Shown here: positions 1 through 14,695 of the stretch, piece after piece | Layout: every line of letters starts with the position of its first letter | Numbering within the stretch: the first letter of the stretch is position 1 | Source of the DNA: Octopus sinensis | Lineage: Eukaryota | DNA: 64,000 nucleotides | Direction: 5' to 3' | Assembly: GCF_006345805.1 (NCBI RefSeq) | Contig: NC_043021.1 | Location: 14,260,001-14,324,000, forward strand | The notes under the pieces: model-generated | The model's input: the letters and a program-made list of their open reading frames with translations, nothing else | What the model was told of the DNA's origin: nothing | The model's database searches: none | Position numbers and translations under genes: made by a program

Positions 1-1319
1 AAAGAAAGAAAAAAATCTCAATCCTTAAATTTCACTGTACCAAAGTTTAACTTGCATTATAATATATTTTACTATCTATATATGTATATATATTATTTTA
101 ATTATGAGTGCAGATTAAGAAGGGAGATAACCAACACTTTCTACATCTTGTTTCTTAGACATTGCCTTATATCAATACCAGAAGTGGAAAAGACAAAAAT
201 CAACCTCAAAATACACAATAACAATCAGACAGATATGCTTATTAGATTTCCTTCTAGCGCTAAACACTGAAATCACAATTAGAAACCAGTACATCTAAGA
301 AATGACAAAACTGACACCCTACTCTAGTTGTTGAATGAAGTTACTTCTAAGCATTCAGAGACATTAACAGAATTAATACTAAAAAGATTTAGCAACTGAC
401 TGTGTAGCAGAGAGGATTTATACCCCAACCCCACCTGCAAAGACTTGAAGAGCTGTTAACAAAACACCAGTTTTAAATCTAGAATCTCTACTCTTATTGT
501 TTAATGGAATCACTATAGTCGGAATTGTCTTTATATGGAGGCTGAGCTTCCCACATTTGGATAATTCTGGATATAGTTATAAGCTTTCTGGTTCAGTCCC
601 ACTGCATAGAACATTGGACAAATGTCTTCTGCTTTCACCCCAGGCTAACCAAAACTTTATGAACGGATTTGGTAGATGGAAACTAAAAGAAGCCTGTCAC
701 GTGTGTGTGTGTCCTTGTCATCACATGGCATGACAGATATAAATGGACACCTTCATACTTCTATGGAAACATGTCCAGTCAGTGGGGAAATATTACTTTG
801 CTCGGAAACAAGTGAGAGTTGGTGACAGGAAGGGCATCCAGCCATAGAAAATTTGGTTCAATGAATTCTAAGCTAATTGATAAACCTGAGAAAATCTCAA
901 AGATTCAACAAGTCTTTCCCACTACCTTTCATTAACCACCATTATCATCATGCTTGTGAATATTACAGGCAGAAACGGTAAGGTACATATCTGGCCGTCA
1001 GTGACTGCCGAAACTGATGTCATTCTTTCTTAAGCCTAATTCCTTATTGATGAGGATCTATCCTTAGTTGCAATGTTTTTGAGTCTGTTATTACAGGAAT
1101 TGCAAGCTTGTATTAGTTCCGTTCATCCTTTCTGTACACTGTTGTTAAACAATCTTGGAAAATCAGGTAGCAGAATAAATGAGCAATCATTTTTTTTTCT
1201 TTTAGTTTAATCTTACCAAAGAATTGCTCCTAATCCAAATTCTACCTTGCTCCTTGCCCCCCTCCCAACCAAAACTGTTCTCTTGTCGTAAAATTGTCGC
1301 ACAATGTAGTTATTATAGG

Positions 1320-2670
1320 TCTCTAGTAAGTCTTGACCTTCCTCCCATGCCAGAAGGGCACTAGCAATTCACCCTGTCCAACTTTCAAGAGGGAACTACA
1401 CCCATGTATGTTTTCTAATGAATACAAGAAGGTCACTCCTCAACCCTCAAGGATTTAGTTTGCAGGCTACAGATGTCCAACATCTATCTGTAGACATGCC
1501 TACACTTATTGAGACCCATGAAGCAATTATGTGTAGTAGGTTTCTCTACTCTTCAGAAAGATCTTAAGGGGTCAGATTTACCAATTAGATACTAATGACA
1601 GTAACAATAACCTTCTGCTTCTTAAATTATAGCTGTCTCTCTTTATCATGCCCTATTGTACAGGTTCAGCTGATTATAAAAGACCAAATAAAAAATCTCC
1701 TTTACTGAATTCATTTCTATTACACTGTTATAATGCTTATAAAATTTCTGAAACACATCCACACATAAAATACGACTGACATCCACTTAATACTTGCCGA
1801 TATAATTGCATGAGATGACAAAGACCGAAACCCTTAAGTATGATAAAAAAACAAGAACAAAAACAATTAAAAGATGTAATAAAGAAGGACAAATGTCATC
1901 CTAACAGCCTGACTAGTTGAAAGACAGACCTTGTTTAAGTTACAGAAGGAATAATGAGCTCTTGCATAAGACACAGGCTAAAGTTTACTGCAGTGGCAAT
2001 GAGATTTTGGTGTTCATGTGGTGTGATGTGATAAGTGAATGGAAATAGCTATAACTGGGAAAAGATGCCAGGAGCTCACCATGGATTTATGGTGCTCACA
2101 AAAAAAAAACAGGTAGAACTGTTAGTAATTAACTGGGTAGGATGTTGAGTGGACTGGATATGAAATGAAAACACCTGTAATTAACTCTTTTGTCAACAAG
2201 ACACTGCCATACCTTAAAAGTGAAACTCAGTTGTTGAGAAAATCACCGGTTGTTGTGCAACACTGGGAAGAGGGTCGTCATGTTTTTAAACAAGAAACTC
2301 CACAAATGGAGCTACACGTACCCCTGTCCACCCAGCTGACATTGAATAGTGTTAATTCCCCACTATATTCTTGATTCCCATTCAGTTAAAACAAAAAAAA
2401 TGTGGCCAAGGTGTTTATGTACCTGTCATTATCCATCATTAAAGAAATAAAATAAAGGGGGTTTTATCCCCCTTGTCAAGTGGTGATAATAGAAAGCTAG
2501 TAAATCTATTCTTTCTTCCCTGACAGAAGGACACCAATAATTCACCCCTTTCATCTTTCAAGAGGGAACTACACCCATATGCAGTTTCTAATGAAAACAG
2601 GAAGGTCACTTCACCTCCTGAAAAGACCTAGTTTATAGTCAGATTCTGGACAATTGTGGCCTGCAGATGC
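1320..2670 (+). repeat. Two diverged copies of an interspersed repeat (about 1320-1500 and 2500-2670)
   Basis: Shared aattcaccc...ctttcaagagggaactacaccca...tttctaatgaa...gaaggtcact. Confidence 0.6.
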
Positions 2671-5600
2671 CAAGGTACCTCTGGTCTGGCTTATTGTGGT
2701 CCTTCACACTGTCTATTAGATGAAAACTTGATCTCTTAGATTGACTCAAAACCACAAGTATTTTTAGACAAGGCTATAACTGACAGGATTGATTCTTACC
2801 TAGGGAAAGATAGGGCCATAGATGATTGAAAGAGAAGTGGATAACAGGGATATAAAGTGTCTGAATTAACCCTAGGATTGGAATAGCCCTACTTACATTG
2901 TGAGAACAGAAGAACTCAATAAGGGTTAAACTTAGCAAATAGAAATGTTTTTGTATTTGTGTATTTGGTTTTTGTTGTGTTTTGGTTTTGTTACTAAGGT
3001 TTGACAAGAAGGAATTCTATAGAAGAGTGTGATGTTCCAAGGGGGTCGATAACAGGAGCAAGGTTGGGGGGAAAACAAATGATGAGCAGACACAGAAATA
3101 TTGTGTTCTGATAAACCTTTCTCTTAGGAAGATGGGGGAGCTGTGAAGATTGAAATGAGACAAACTGCCATCTTTTATCTTTTACTTGTTTCAGTCAATT
3201 GGACTGTGGCCAGGCTGGGGCATTGCCGTGAAGAGCCTAGTTAAACAAATTGACCCTAGTACTTATTTTTAGGTCTGGTACTTCATCTAGCAGTCTCTTT
3301 TGCTGAACTAAGCTGCAAAGATGTAAACAAACCAACACCAGCTGTCAAACAATGGTTTGTGGGTGGGCATAAACATTATCTATACACACACATGCTATAG
3401 GCTTCCACACATTCACTCAAAAGGTGTTGGTCAGCCATGGTCTTCAGTAGAAAACCCTTGCCCAAGGTGCCATGCAGTAGGACTGAACCAGAAACCATGT
3501 GATTGCAAAGTAGTTTCTTAACCACAGTCATACCTTCACCTTGTTTAATAATATTTTCAACATGGTTTCCAATTGTTTAATCTTGTCAAACATCTTCGAA
3601 TAAGAAGAAGTAATATATGGAAGCAAAATCTCTTGCCATCTCACTATTAAAGACAGAGGACAGCTACCCAAAATTTCATTAATATTTATCCTCTCATAGT
3701 GCTGGTAGTGGAGGGTGGCCTTGGATTTAGAACTGTAGCCCTAAATCTTTTATACAGAGTTCTGCTTATATGAGACAAAATGGTCACACAAAACAAATGC
3801 ACATGTCCATGTATATTATATATACATACACATAAGACTGACTGACTATCACATAAAAGAGAGAGAAGACTAGGAATTTGAAACAAGGGTAACATATTTT
3901 GATAAAAAAAAAAACATCTCTTACATATATACATTATCTTCATCATTAAATGTCTCTTTTCCCAATGTTGGCATGGTTTGAGAGGCACCAAGGAGCCAAG
4001 AGGGCTGTGCCGAGCTCCAATGTCTGCTTTGACATGGTTTCTGTGGCCAGATGCCCTTCCTAATGCCAACCACTTTACAGTGTACTGGATGGCACCAACA
4101 CTAGTGAGGTTACTGAGAGCTTGCAGCCTAGCCCGTCTCCAAATAAACAGGGTTACTGTTAGAGGTTCAATACCGGAACAGACTGGCATGTTGTGCTCTT
4201 GAACAAAATAGGTTTCATGCTGTTCCAGTCTACTTAGCTGTAAAGGAGTACCACACTAATGCTGGTGTAACCTTTTCTCTCTCCAGCTATCACATCCTTG
4301 ATGTTCTACTGCTGTCACTTACAAAGGCACCTTAAACACTTAGCAAAAGCAAGGTCAAGCTACGCAGTCATATTTGGAAGCAAGGACAACTATGCTAAGC
4401 TTTTCTATAACTTTTAGATCCTACATCTTGCGAGTTAAACCCTAATTTCAATATGAAATTGTTCAGTAGTAAGGTAGTTGTCAGAGATTCAAAGGGGATG
4501 AAGGAAGCGTGGTATGAAGAAAATAGTCGGAACAATGAATGAATGACTAAAAAAGAATCAGACAAGCAGGACTAAAAGAAGACTAAGATGGGAGGAACTA
4601 GTGAGAGGAGGAGGGAGAGGATGACAACTATGATAACCGAATGAAAGCAAAGGAAGGGAAGAAAGGAGGGCTGAACAAAGGCGAAAGGAAGGGAAAGACG
4701 AAAGGTTTGCGTGAAAGAGAGCAAAGAGCAAATGAATGCACAAATGAACTAATGAATGATGAAGATAAAGTGAAATGACATGAATCGGATTATTTTCGTT
4801 TTTTTTTTATCCATGTTTTTTCAGGTTTTTTTTTTGTTAAATAAATTTGAAATTGTTAATTATTGAATGACCTAGTTGCCATTACAGAGACAGATGGGAC
4901 CAAGGAAAAACAAAACCACTAGGAAAGACATAAGATGCATGCAAGTAATTAAAAAATAAATGAAGGAAATTAAAAAAAAAAAAGATAAAATAAAACACAC
5001 ACACACCGTTTCAAAATGCTAAAAAAAAATACTTAACAGAAAGAAAGAATTTGAAAAAGAAAATGGTTAAAAGTTGCGTGCAGTTGTTAGAAGCACTTGA
5101 AAATTAATAATCGAGATTTTAAGTGAAATTATTTTGGAAATATATTTGTCCAGTTTTAAATTGGAGGTGTTAATTAAAAAAATTATTTGTCTGTTCTTAA
5201 GTTTTATATTATTTTGGAAGGAGAAGAGAAACTTTTGGTACAGTGCTAGGTAAGGAGAGAGAGTGAGAAAAAGAGAGAATTAGAGATATGTATATATATT
5301 TAGAGAGAGAAAGAGATAACGGGATGCACAGAGAAGTACTTTAAAACATGTTTCAACTGATCAAAATTTAAGCTAAATTTGTTTAGGACCTTCCATTTTA
5401 TTTTCCACATTTACCTCCCTTTTGTTTACAAACAACAACATTAACAACAAAACAAATGAGGGAAATATATAAAAAGATAAATAAATGGAAAGTAATAATA
5501 ATGTTCGCTGAGACTGACATAAATCCATGCATTTGGTGAGGAGGATACAGCATAGTTGAAAGTAAAATGTCCCCCAGCATATGACTGGTTCGTTATTTTA

Positions 5601-5779
5601 TCAAGCTCAAAAAAGACAAAGTTGAGCTTTGCAGGATTCGGACAAAGACCAGGAAGGTCACAATGGAATGCTGCAAGGAACAGTCTTTTGCTCCACCGAT
5701 TCTGCTAATATCTACCCCACTACTTATTTTGTCATCATTGGCACAAGACCCAGTCTTCTGAAAGAGCACAGTCACTATC

Positions 5780-6110
5780 ATCCATTCAACTCCCTTCATC
5801 ACTTACTGTTCTTGGAAGGGTCAGTGGGAGTAGAGTCCCCAGGCACCTCTTCTGTTGGTTCCTACCCGAAGCGACTGTCATTACACTTTCTGGCTGGCTC
5901 CCCAAGTGTGATCAACTGAGACTATGGATTTCGTTCTTGGTCTACTCCAAGGTCTCCAGTTAGCTCAGCTTAAAAACAAATTAGTCTTGCGGTTCTTTCC
6001 TGCAACGTTCTGTCTGCAGTACTCGCATTGCTGTGACCTCTCAATGCTAAGAAGTAGTGGCTCAATCTGGAGATCTCAGAGCTATGTACCCTGCAGAGGT
6101 CTTTTAGTGA
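5780..6110 (-). mobile_element. Degenerate RTE-clade LINE fragment (post-RT region)
   Basis: Minus-strand LQIEPLLLSIERSQ and a frameshifted RPRTK, resembling RTE-type ...EPLLLRIERSQLRW...GRPRTRW (recalled family motif); stops and frameshifts present. Confidence 0.5.
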
Positions 6111-7088
6111 ACCCCCATTTTGGCCACTTGTATTCACAATCATTAACCAACAGTCATTATTATTACATCAAAGACTATGTCTATTGCTTTATCATAAAAT
6201 CAGCTTTGGTTGAAGGTGAACTTAAACTGTAAAAGGGACATAGCTTAATGCCATAAAGAATTTGGCCCACAGCTCTAACCTGCGATATTGTAATACTTAG
6301 AATATCTTTGTAACATAGGCAGATAGAAAGCCATGCAGTTTGGTGGTGGTGAGGTGAAGAGAGTCAGTGGGGGAAGTGCATGGTCAATCATACCTGGCAC
6401 TCCAGTTACAACATGAATTTCAGGTGATCTGAAATTCATGTTATACAAGAACAGCCTGTTTGTGAAATCAATGTGCAAGTGGCTAAGCACTCCACAGACA
6501 CTTGTAACCCTTAACATAGTTCTCGGAGATATTCAGCATGACACAGAATGAGACAAGGTCAGCCTCTTGAAATACAGATACTATTCATTTTAGAAAGCTG
6601 AGGTTAACTGGAGCAATGTGAAATCAAATGTCTTGCACAAAGACAGCGTGCTTGTGGGAATTGAAATCACAACCTTGCGATCACGAACCAAACACTCAAA
6701 CCACTGATCCATGTGCCTTTACTGTAATCTATCATATTGATTTTAGGGCTACCCTAGTACTTTTTTTTAAGTCACCCCCTAATAACTTCATTTTAAGAAT
6801 ATACAAAGAAAAGAAAAAAAAAATCAGTATTTGCAGAGTTAGAATTAGTTGTAATAGGAGGAGGGAGATATGTGTGTGTTTGTGCATGTGTGTATGTATG
6901 TGTATATATACATATATATACACATACACACACACATATATATACATAGATAGACCCAGCAACGTTGAGATATGCATGCAACATTGGGAGTTCCGAATAA
7001 GAACAGAGTTTAGAAGATGACGAAACGAGAAGGGGCAAAAGGGGGGGGCAGAGACTATCAGAGGAATACACACATATACATACATATA

Positions 7089-7143
<55 letters not shown>

Positions 7144-7245
7144 TTGTGTGTGTAAATATAGATAGATAGGAGTTATAACAAGTAGGTGGGGGGAGCGGGG
7201 GGTAACAGTGGAGGTGATAACAGCAAAGGATAAGTGAAGACTCAC

Positions 7246-7287
7246 ACGTTTTAAAAAAGAACAAAAAGTAAGAACAGCACTAGAGTT
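7246..7287 (-). CDS. Candidate 42-nt alternative stop-containing SERCA exon (tail ...SDEL*)
   Basis: Acceptor ttttttaacccttcgtttctgtag|AACTCTAG and donor CGT|gtgagt. Joined to the phase-1 donor at 17585 it gives GAA CTC TAG. No transcript support is available. Confidence 0.35.
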
Positions 7288-8469
7288 CTACAGAAACGAA
7301 GGGTTAAAAAACGAAGTTGTACATATTCATATCTATACATATATACATATATATACATATATATACACACACATACACATGTCTGGGATTTCCATTGTGG
7401 CTGCTTACATACACACACATATATATATATATAAATAAATATACATATATATGTATGTATGTATGTATGTCTGTATATTATATTTTTTGTGTGTACGCAT
7501 TTATACATGTGAGTGTGTGTATATATACAGACATATATATATATATATATGTATATATAAAGGAAACAAGAGAAATAAAAAAAGATTAAGAGGTAAAAAA
7601 AAACAACAACAAACTCAAGTAAAACCACAAACTATGGACACCATGCATTGTTTTTGGTTCAGAAGAAATTTAATTAAAAAACGTTTTTTTTTTTTCCATC
7701 TTTTTTCTTTCATATATATTTTTTTCTTTCAAGTTTCATATTGTTTGTTATTATTATTATTATCATCATTATTATTTTTTGTTTGTTTGTTTTTTGTTTT
7801 GTTTTTTTTTTGTCTATATTCACTGTACAGTACTTTCATTCAAGAATGAAATACTTTGTATATATATATATATATTTTTTTTTGCTTTGCTTTATTTTTT
7901 TTTTAATTAAATTTGTGTGTATGTGTGCGAGCATGTAATAATGTATGTGTATGTATGTAGGTGTGCATGTATGTGTGTTGGTTTGTTGAACAAGTGGAAG
8001 GTGAAAGAGAAAGAATAAACAACAAAGTTTCATTTAGAAGGGATTTAACAAGAAAAAAAAGTAGGGGGAGGTGATGTACATTGATAAGGGGGCTGGGAAG
8101 ACGAGAGAGAAGGAGAGAGAGAGAGAGAGAAGCAGGTGAAAACAGTTACAGAAAAGGTTAAAAAATAAAATTAATGAATGAGTTTGAACATAGGCACGAG
8201 GACTCAGTTGTTTCTTTTTGTAATTTTGGGAGGGTAGGAGGAGTTAGGGTATATATATATATATATAGTCAATGGACTACCCCCAGTACAAGACTGGTCC
8301 TTTATTTTATCAACTCAAACCACCCCCACCACACTTCCCCAAAAAGGATGAAAGGCAAAGTGGACGTCAGCGGGTTTTGGAATTCAGAATTGAGACGATT
8401 GCCTCCACGGCTTGCAATTCTTTGCTCTGGTCATCCTACTTGTTTGCCATAATTACAATCATTTCTTCT

Positions 8470-9318
8470 GGCACAAAGCCGGAAGTTTTGGCAGGGGAGG
8501 TGGGGCTAGTTGATCACATCGACCCTAGTATTTAACTGGTCCCTATCTTATTGACACCCTTCCAAAAGGGAGGAAAGGCAAAGCCACACCTGGAATTTGA
8601 ACTCAGAATGTAAAGACGGACGAAATGCCGCTAAGCAATTTGTCCAGTGTACTAAAGATTCTGCCAGTTCACCGCCATAATAATAATAATAATAATAACA
8701 ATAATAATGTTTCTGACTTAAGCACAAAACCAGCATTTGTGAAGGGTGGGCAGTTAGTCAACCCCCGGTACTCAACTGGTACTTTATTTTATCGATCCTG
8801 AAAGCACGAAAAGTCATGTTGACCACAAAACTTATGGAGTCAGAACAAATACTACAAAGTACTTTTTTTTTTCATTCTTTTACCAACACTAATGATTCTA
8901 CCACTAATATAGGCGCACAAGGCCTGAAATTTTGGGGTGGACAACAGTCGATCTGATCACTCGCCCCAGTTCTAGACCATTGCTTGATACCTTTCCTCCA
9001 AGAGGAAGAAAAGATTTGAACCCAGAATATAACCAAATGCAACAAGACATTTGGTTATCCATTGCTGCACTGATTCCGACATCCACCACCCTCATCCTAA
9101 TAATAATAATAATAATTGTAGACACAACAAAGGCAGAAGGCCAACACATTTGTTTATAATATTGTTTACTACTAGTATTTATTTTATTGACACTCCCTGG
9201 AGGGGAATGGATAGTGAAGTGAACTTCCATTGGAATTGAACATGGAACATCAAGGACATAACTAAATGCTACCAGGCATTTAGTTCAGTGCCTTAACCAT
9301 TTCTGCTACTCCACTGCC

Positions 9319-9353
<35 letters not shown>

Positions 9354-9870
9354 GCAATAATAATAATGACGATAATAACAATGATAGTTGTTTCTAATTT
9401 TGGCACAAGGCCAGCAAATTTAAGGGAAGGGCATCAGTTGATTAAATCAACCCCAGTAGATGACTGGTACTTTGTTCTATCAACCCTGAAAGGATGAAAG
9501 GCAAAGTTGACCTCGGCTGGATTTGAACCCAGAACCTAAAGAGCCAGAACAAATAATGCAAAGTATTTTTTTTTCCCAATGCTCTAACAATTCTGCCAAT
9601 CCATTCACCATTTAACAATAGTTATAATAATAATAATAATAATAATAGTTTCAAATTTTGGCACAAGGCCAGGAATTTGGGGGCAGGGTGAGGTAAGTCG
9701 ATTACATTGATCCCAGTGCACAACTGGTACTTACTTTATCGACTCTGAAAGGATGAAAGGCAAAGTTAACCGTAGCAGAATTTGAACTCAGAACATGAAG
9801 ACGGACAAAATGCCGCCAAGCATTTTGCCCAGCATGCTAATGATTCTGCCAGCTCACCGCCTTAAATAAT
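8470..9870 (-). mobile_element. Cluster of about 5-6 co-oriented SINE copies separated by (AAT)n tracts
   Basis: Repeated ttggcacaaggccag...cccagt...aactggtac...gatgaaaggcaaagt...tttgaactcagaa...ctgccagctcaccgcc units. Confidence 0.75.
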
Positions 9871-12800
9871 AATAATAATAATAATAATGGTATCTTTAAT
9901 AACAACAACAACAACAACAATGGGTATGATTTAATAATGATGATAATACTAATTAATAATGTCAAAGTAATTACAATGTTGAAATATAATGAAAAAAATA
10001 ACTAATCCAGACGAGAACTATGCAACGCACGCACACACACACGCACGCACACATTAACACACTGGCATACATAAACACACACATACACACATTTAAACAA
10101 CTGTAATTAAAGAAGAGTATAAAGAGGATGGAAGAAAGAGAGAGAGGTTGAAGTGAACACACTTTAGAATGTTAACCAGAAGTGCATGAGTTCAATTTCT
10201 ACCAGTATCCTTTCTATTCACCCATTTACTTAAATTCGCAATTTATGTGTATGTATGTATACATATACATACGTATGTATAAATATATGTATATATATAT
10301 ATGCACGTATAAATATACATATGTATATATATATACACATGCATGTATAAACGTATGTATACATACATAAATATATAAGTGTATGCCTATACAAACGTAT
10401 ATATCTGTATGTATGCATATACATACATATATACATGTCTTATGTGTGCGTAAATTTAATGAAAGAGGAAGGAGTGGGAGCCGGGAGAAAGTGGGGGCCA
10501 GAAGGAAGTTTGAAGACAGCAAAAACACCAAATGAGAAAGGGAAGAGGGTTGGACAGGCACCAACAGGAGCCATGATAAGGAATGACAAAGAGAAAGGGA
10601 GAGAGTAAGGTAGAGAGAGAGAGAGAGACAGTAGGAAATGGTATTAGTGGCGACGGTGGTGAAATATGTAAAATTTAATTGTCCTATTGTTAAACAGTCA
10701 AAAAAATTTTTGAACCAAAAAAATAAATATTAAAGCAAAAAGGAATTAAACTAATTAACTATATAAGTAAAGAGAGAGAGAATAAAATGAACTACGAGAA
10801 ATAACTCAGAATGGCCAGTGGTTTATATATCAACCAACAAACAAATACAGGTATATTAAATGCCATACAACATAAATTCTTGATTTACAAAGATTATCTC
10901 TGCCTCTAGAGGATAATGATAATTACCAAGACAGCAATTGAGACCAGCTCCACTCGAGAAGGGGCGATAATCATGAGATACAAGAATTCTCCATATAATT
11001 TATTATTTTTATTTTCTTCTCCTTTGCTCTTTAAAACAATACCAGCTACAAAGATCAGAAATATGTGTAGGGATGGAGAAGGGGTTAAAGTTAATTAAAT
11101 AAATAGAACCCCCAACTCCACCACCACTACCCAGTACACAGCTATTTTATCAACCATCCAGCCATAAAAGTGGGTGGTGAAGTGGTTAGGGTGTTGGATT
11201 CTTGATCATTGGATCATGGGTTTAATTCTCAGGCTGGGTGGTGCATTGTGTCCCTGAAGCAAGGGGCTTCATTAAAACCACTTCATATATTTTATTTTAA
11301 AATTTACTTATTTCTTTTATTTCAGTTTATTTGTAGTAAACAAATGCTAAGCTATATATATATGTGTGCGTGTGTGTGTTTTGCAATTTATTGTTCCCAT
11401 ATCTTAAGATAATAAAAAAAATAATACAGATTAAGGTGAACGAAAGGAAAACTAATAATAATAATAATCCAAGATGACAGTTAAAATTGGAATGACACCA
11501 TTGGAAGTATGTAACTTAACGAAAAAGCTCTAAAATTGTATAAGAAATGAGAGCGGGATGGGATGAGAGAGGAAGAGAGAGAGAAAGCAGGAGTTTTTTG
11601 AAGTTTGAAGCTGAGAATTATGAAGTATCAAGCAAGTTAGAATAGATAAGCTGGTTTAAAATATGCAGAGCTGCTGTGAATACTCTAATCCTTAACCTCT
11701 GATATACTGTCGATTAGGTTGATTTGTGGATTCACTGAATATTCAGAATTTTTTCAATAATCCCTAACAAATCATTGAGTAAAAAAAAATCCAGAAATTC
11801 ACTCATTGGCCTCAAGTAAACAACAGCTGTTTACCTGGTTGCCATACATATTTTCCAGTGGTTAATACCTAATTAATTAATTCCTTAAAAGGAGTCCAAA
11901 GAATCGTTCTAGATTTCAGCCATCAAAGAATGAGTACATACGCCTGTACTCTATTCTATGACTCATCAGTTAGTTAAAGAAGGAAAAATTGATAAGAGTC
12001 CTTGGCAGGATTTGAACTCAGAACATGAAGAACCAGAAGAAATACAATAGATTTTCCCTTGATCTTACAATTCTGGTAGCTCACTGCCTTTCTAATAATA
12101 ATAATGGTTTCAAATTTTGCCACAGGGGCAGCCATTGTGGGGGATGTGTGGATTACATTGACCCCAGTGTTCAACTGGTACTTATTTTATTGACCCCCAA
12201 AAAGATGAAAAGGCAAAAACCAACCTTGGTAGAATTTGAACTCAGAATGTGAAGATGGACGAAATGCTGCTAAGCATTTAGTCTGATGTGCTAACAATTC
12301 TGTCAGCCCATTGCCTTACTGATGATAATAATAATAATAATAATAATAAAGTGAGATAAAAGGGAGGATAAGAAGAGAAGTAGCAAGAAGGAAGGAAAAA
12401 AGGAGATGTTAGTGCTGATCGACCAATGGGGAAAAGCAGCCTATGGATAGTTAGATGGAAGGTGGAACAGTGATGCCAATAATGCTAGGGGACAAGAACT
12501 TTGAACAAAGTGTCTTTTTTTAACCATTTGCAGTACCATAGTTGTAGTAATAGTAGTAGCAAAGGTGAATCAATGAGAAAAATTTCTATTCAGAAGGGTT
12601 GGGGTGGGGTGGGGAGAGAGACAGGGAAAGGGACAATTATGTTGACCTTAGAAGAATAATTAAAGTCCAAGGGCAAAGTCAATCTGACTGATGCGATTTG
12701 AACCTAAAATGACATAATGAAATGTTGCAAGGCGTATTTCCACCAGTGCTCTACCAACTGTGCCAACCCACTGCCTTTCTTTTATTTAAATAATAGATGC

Positions 12801-13931
12801 CTTGAGTAGCTATACAAGAACTTTAGGTTTAAAAACAAACAAAAAAAAAAAAAACCCAAAAGGTCATCATTGATATTGGCTATTGTTTGAACCCGTAACC
12901 TAGCAGTAACGGTAAGATATCTAACAGGTAAACCCCATGAAGTCAACCACTGTACTTCTAACACGAGGTGTGGGTAAGTTTAGTTGATTGAATTGATCCC
13001 CAACTTAATACTGGGCTGCTACCTATTTCAGTGACCCCTGTAGAAGGATGAAGGACAAAGTGAAACTCAATGAGATTATGAACTTCAAACTCCTTTACAA
13101 CTGACTAAAATATCACAATGCATTTTTTCGTGTAGTCCTCTACTGATTCCATCATCCACCTCACCCATTGGCACAAGGCCTTAATTTTGTATAATAAGGT
13201 GGAGCTTATTTTCTTGAAAACCCCTCCAGAAACAAAGTCGAACCCTTGGTGGTGTTTGGACACAACACTAAAACACTTAGACCAATATTCTATCGTTTCT
13301 GCACCAACAGTTAGGAGGGACTAACCCTTTTGGGTTAGGTCTAACATCCTACTGTTTCTCTGCCCATGGTTAAGGGTCTGTTTTATACTTTTTTTTCGTT
13401 TTTATTTTTATTACGCACAGGAGGCCCTCATGCTTTTCTTCTTGAAGGAGAGGGGACAGAAGGAACAAGAAATGGAAACCAAGGGAGGAACAAACTATGT
13501 AATTCAAACTGGTTCACAATGACAACACTGTCAAAGTTTATCTCTTGCTCTATGACATTAATAATAAATGACATGAAATGCAAGAGTTACATGCTATGAG
13601 AGGAAATAGGGGACGTTGTATCATTGATGCCTTTCTCAAAGCAGTTGTCCACCAGCTACTATTCATTTACTGACTTCAGCCTTTGGTTGTGGCCATACTG
13701 GGGCACAGGAACAGTAATAATAACTATTTTGAACAATGGAAGAAAGCCAGAAATTGCAGGGAGGTGTAGGCTGAGTAAACCCACCCTAGTGTTTGATAAG
13801 GTACTCAATCAATCGATCCTCCAGAAGGATGACAAACTTAACCTCAGAAGTCATGGCTAATCACCAGGTGACATTATTCCTGGCACTCAGTTGTTTCTGC
13901 CACATCATCATGATGGCTAAATTACAACAAT

Positions 13932-14018
13932 TGTGTGTGTGTGTGTGTGTATGCAACAACCACATATGTAAAACTTTGTTTTTAGAAGTGTCGAATGTAT
14001 ATGATGCTTCTAAAACCA

Positions 14019-14081
<63 letters not shown>

Positions 14082-14304
14082 GACATGTCAAGGTATGTAT
14101 ATAAATACATATATAGAATAAATGGGTACCCTCTAAAGTACCCTTTCATCTGTGCAGACACTACTCATTATTACGATGCCCAAATATGTTCAATCATTAA
14201 AGACCACACACGGCATGTCTACTAAATACTAGATGAAGTATTTAAATGCATCAAATGACATTTTGTTTCTGAAAATAAATCTTTCAAAATGGTTTCTGTT
14301 ATTG

Positions 14305-14337
<33 letters not shown>

Positions 14338-14438
14338 GTGTGTGTGTATGCAACAACCACATATGTAAAACTTTGTTTTTAGAAGTGTCGAATGTATATG
14401 ATGCTTCTAAAACCAATATATATATATATATATGTATG

Positions 14439-14474
<36 letters not shown>

Positions 14475-14695
14475 CATGTCAAGGTATGTATATAAATACA
14501 TATATAGAATAAATGGGTACCCTCTAAAGTACCCTTTCATCTGTGCAGACACTACTCATTATTACGATGCCCAAATATGTTCAATCATTAAAGACCACAC
14601 ACGGCATGTCTACTAAATACTAGATGAAGTATTTAAATGCATCAAATGACATTTTGTTTCTGAAAATAAATCTTTCAAAATGGTTTCTGTTATTG

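Noticed and set aside
1-4700. A second protein-coding gene at the start of the window
   Set aside because: Only SINE or LINE remnants and short non-homologous ORFs were seen, with no coherent exon chain.
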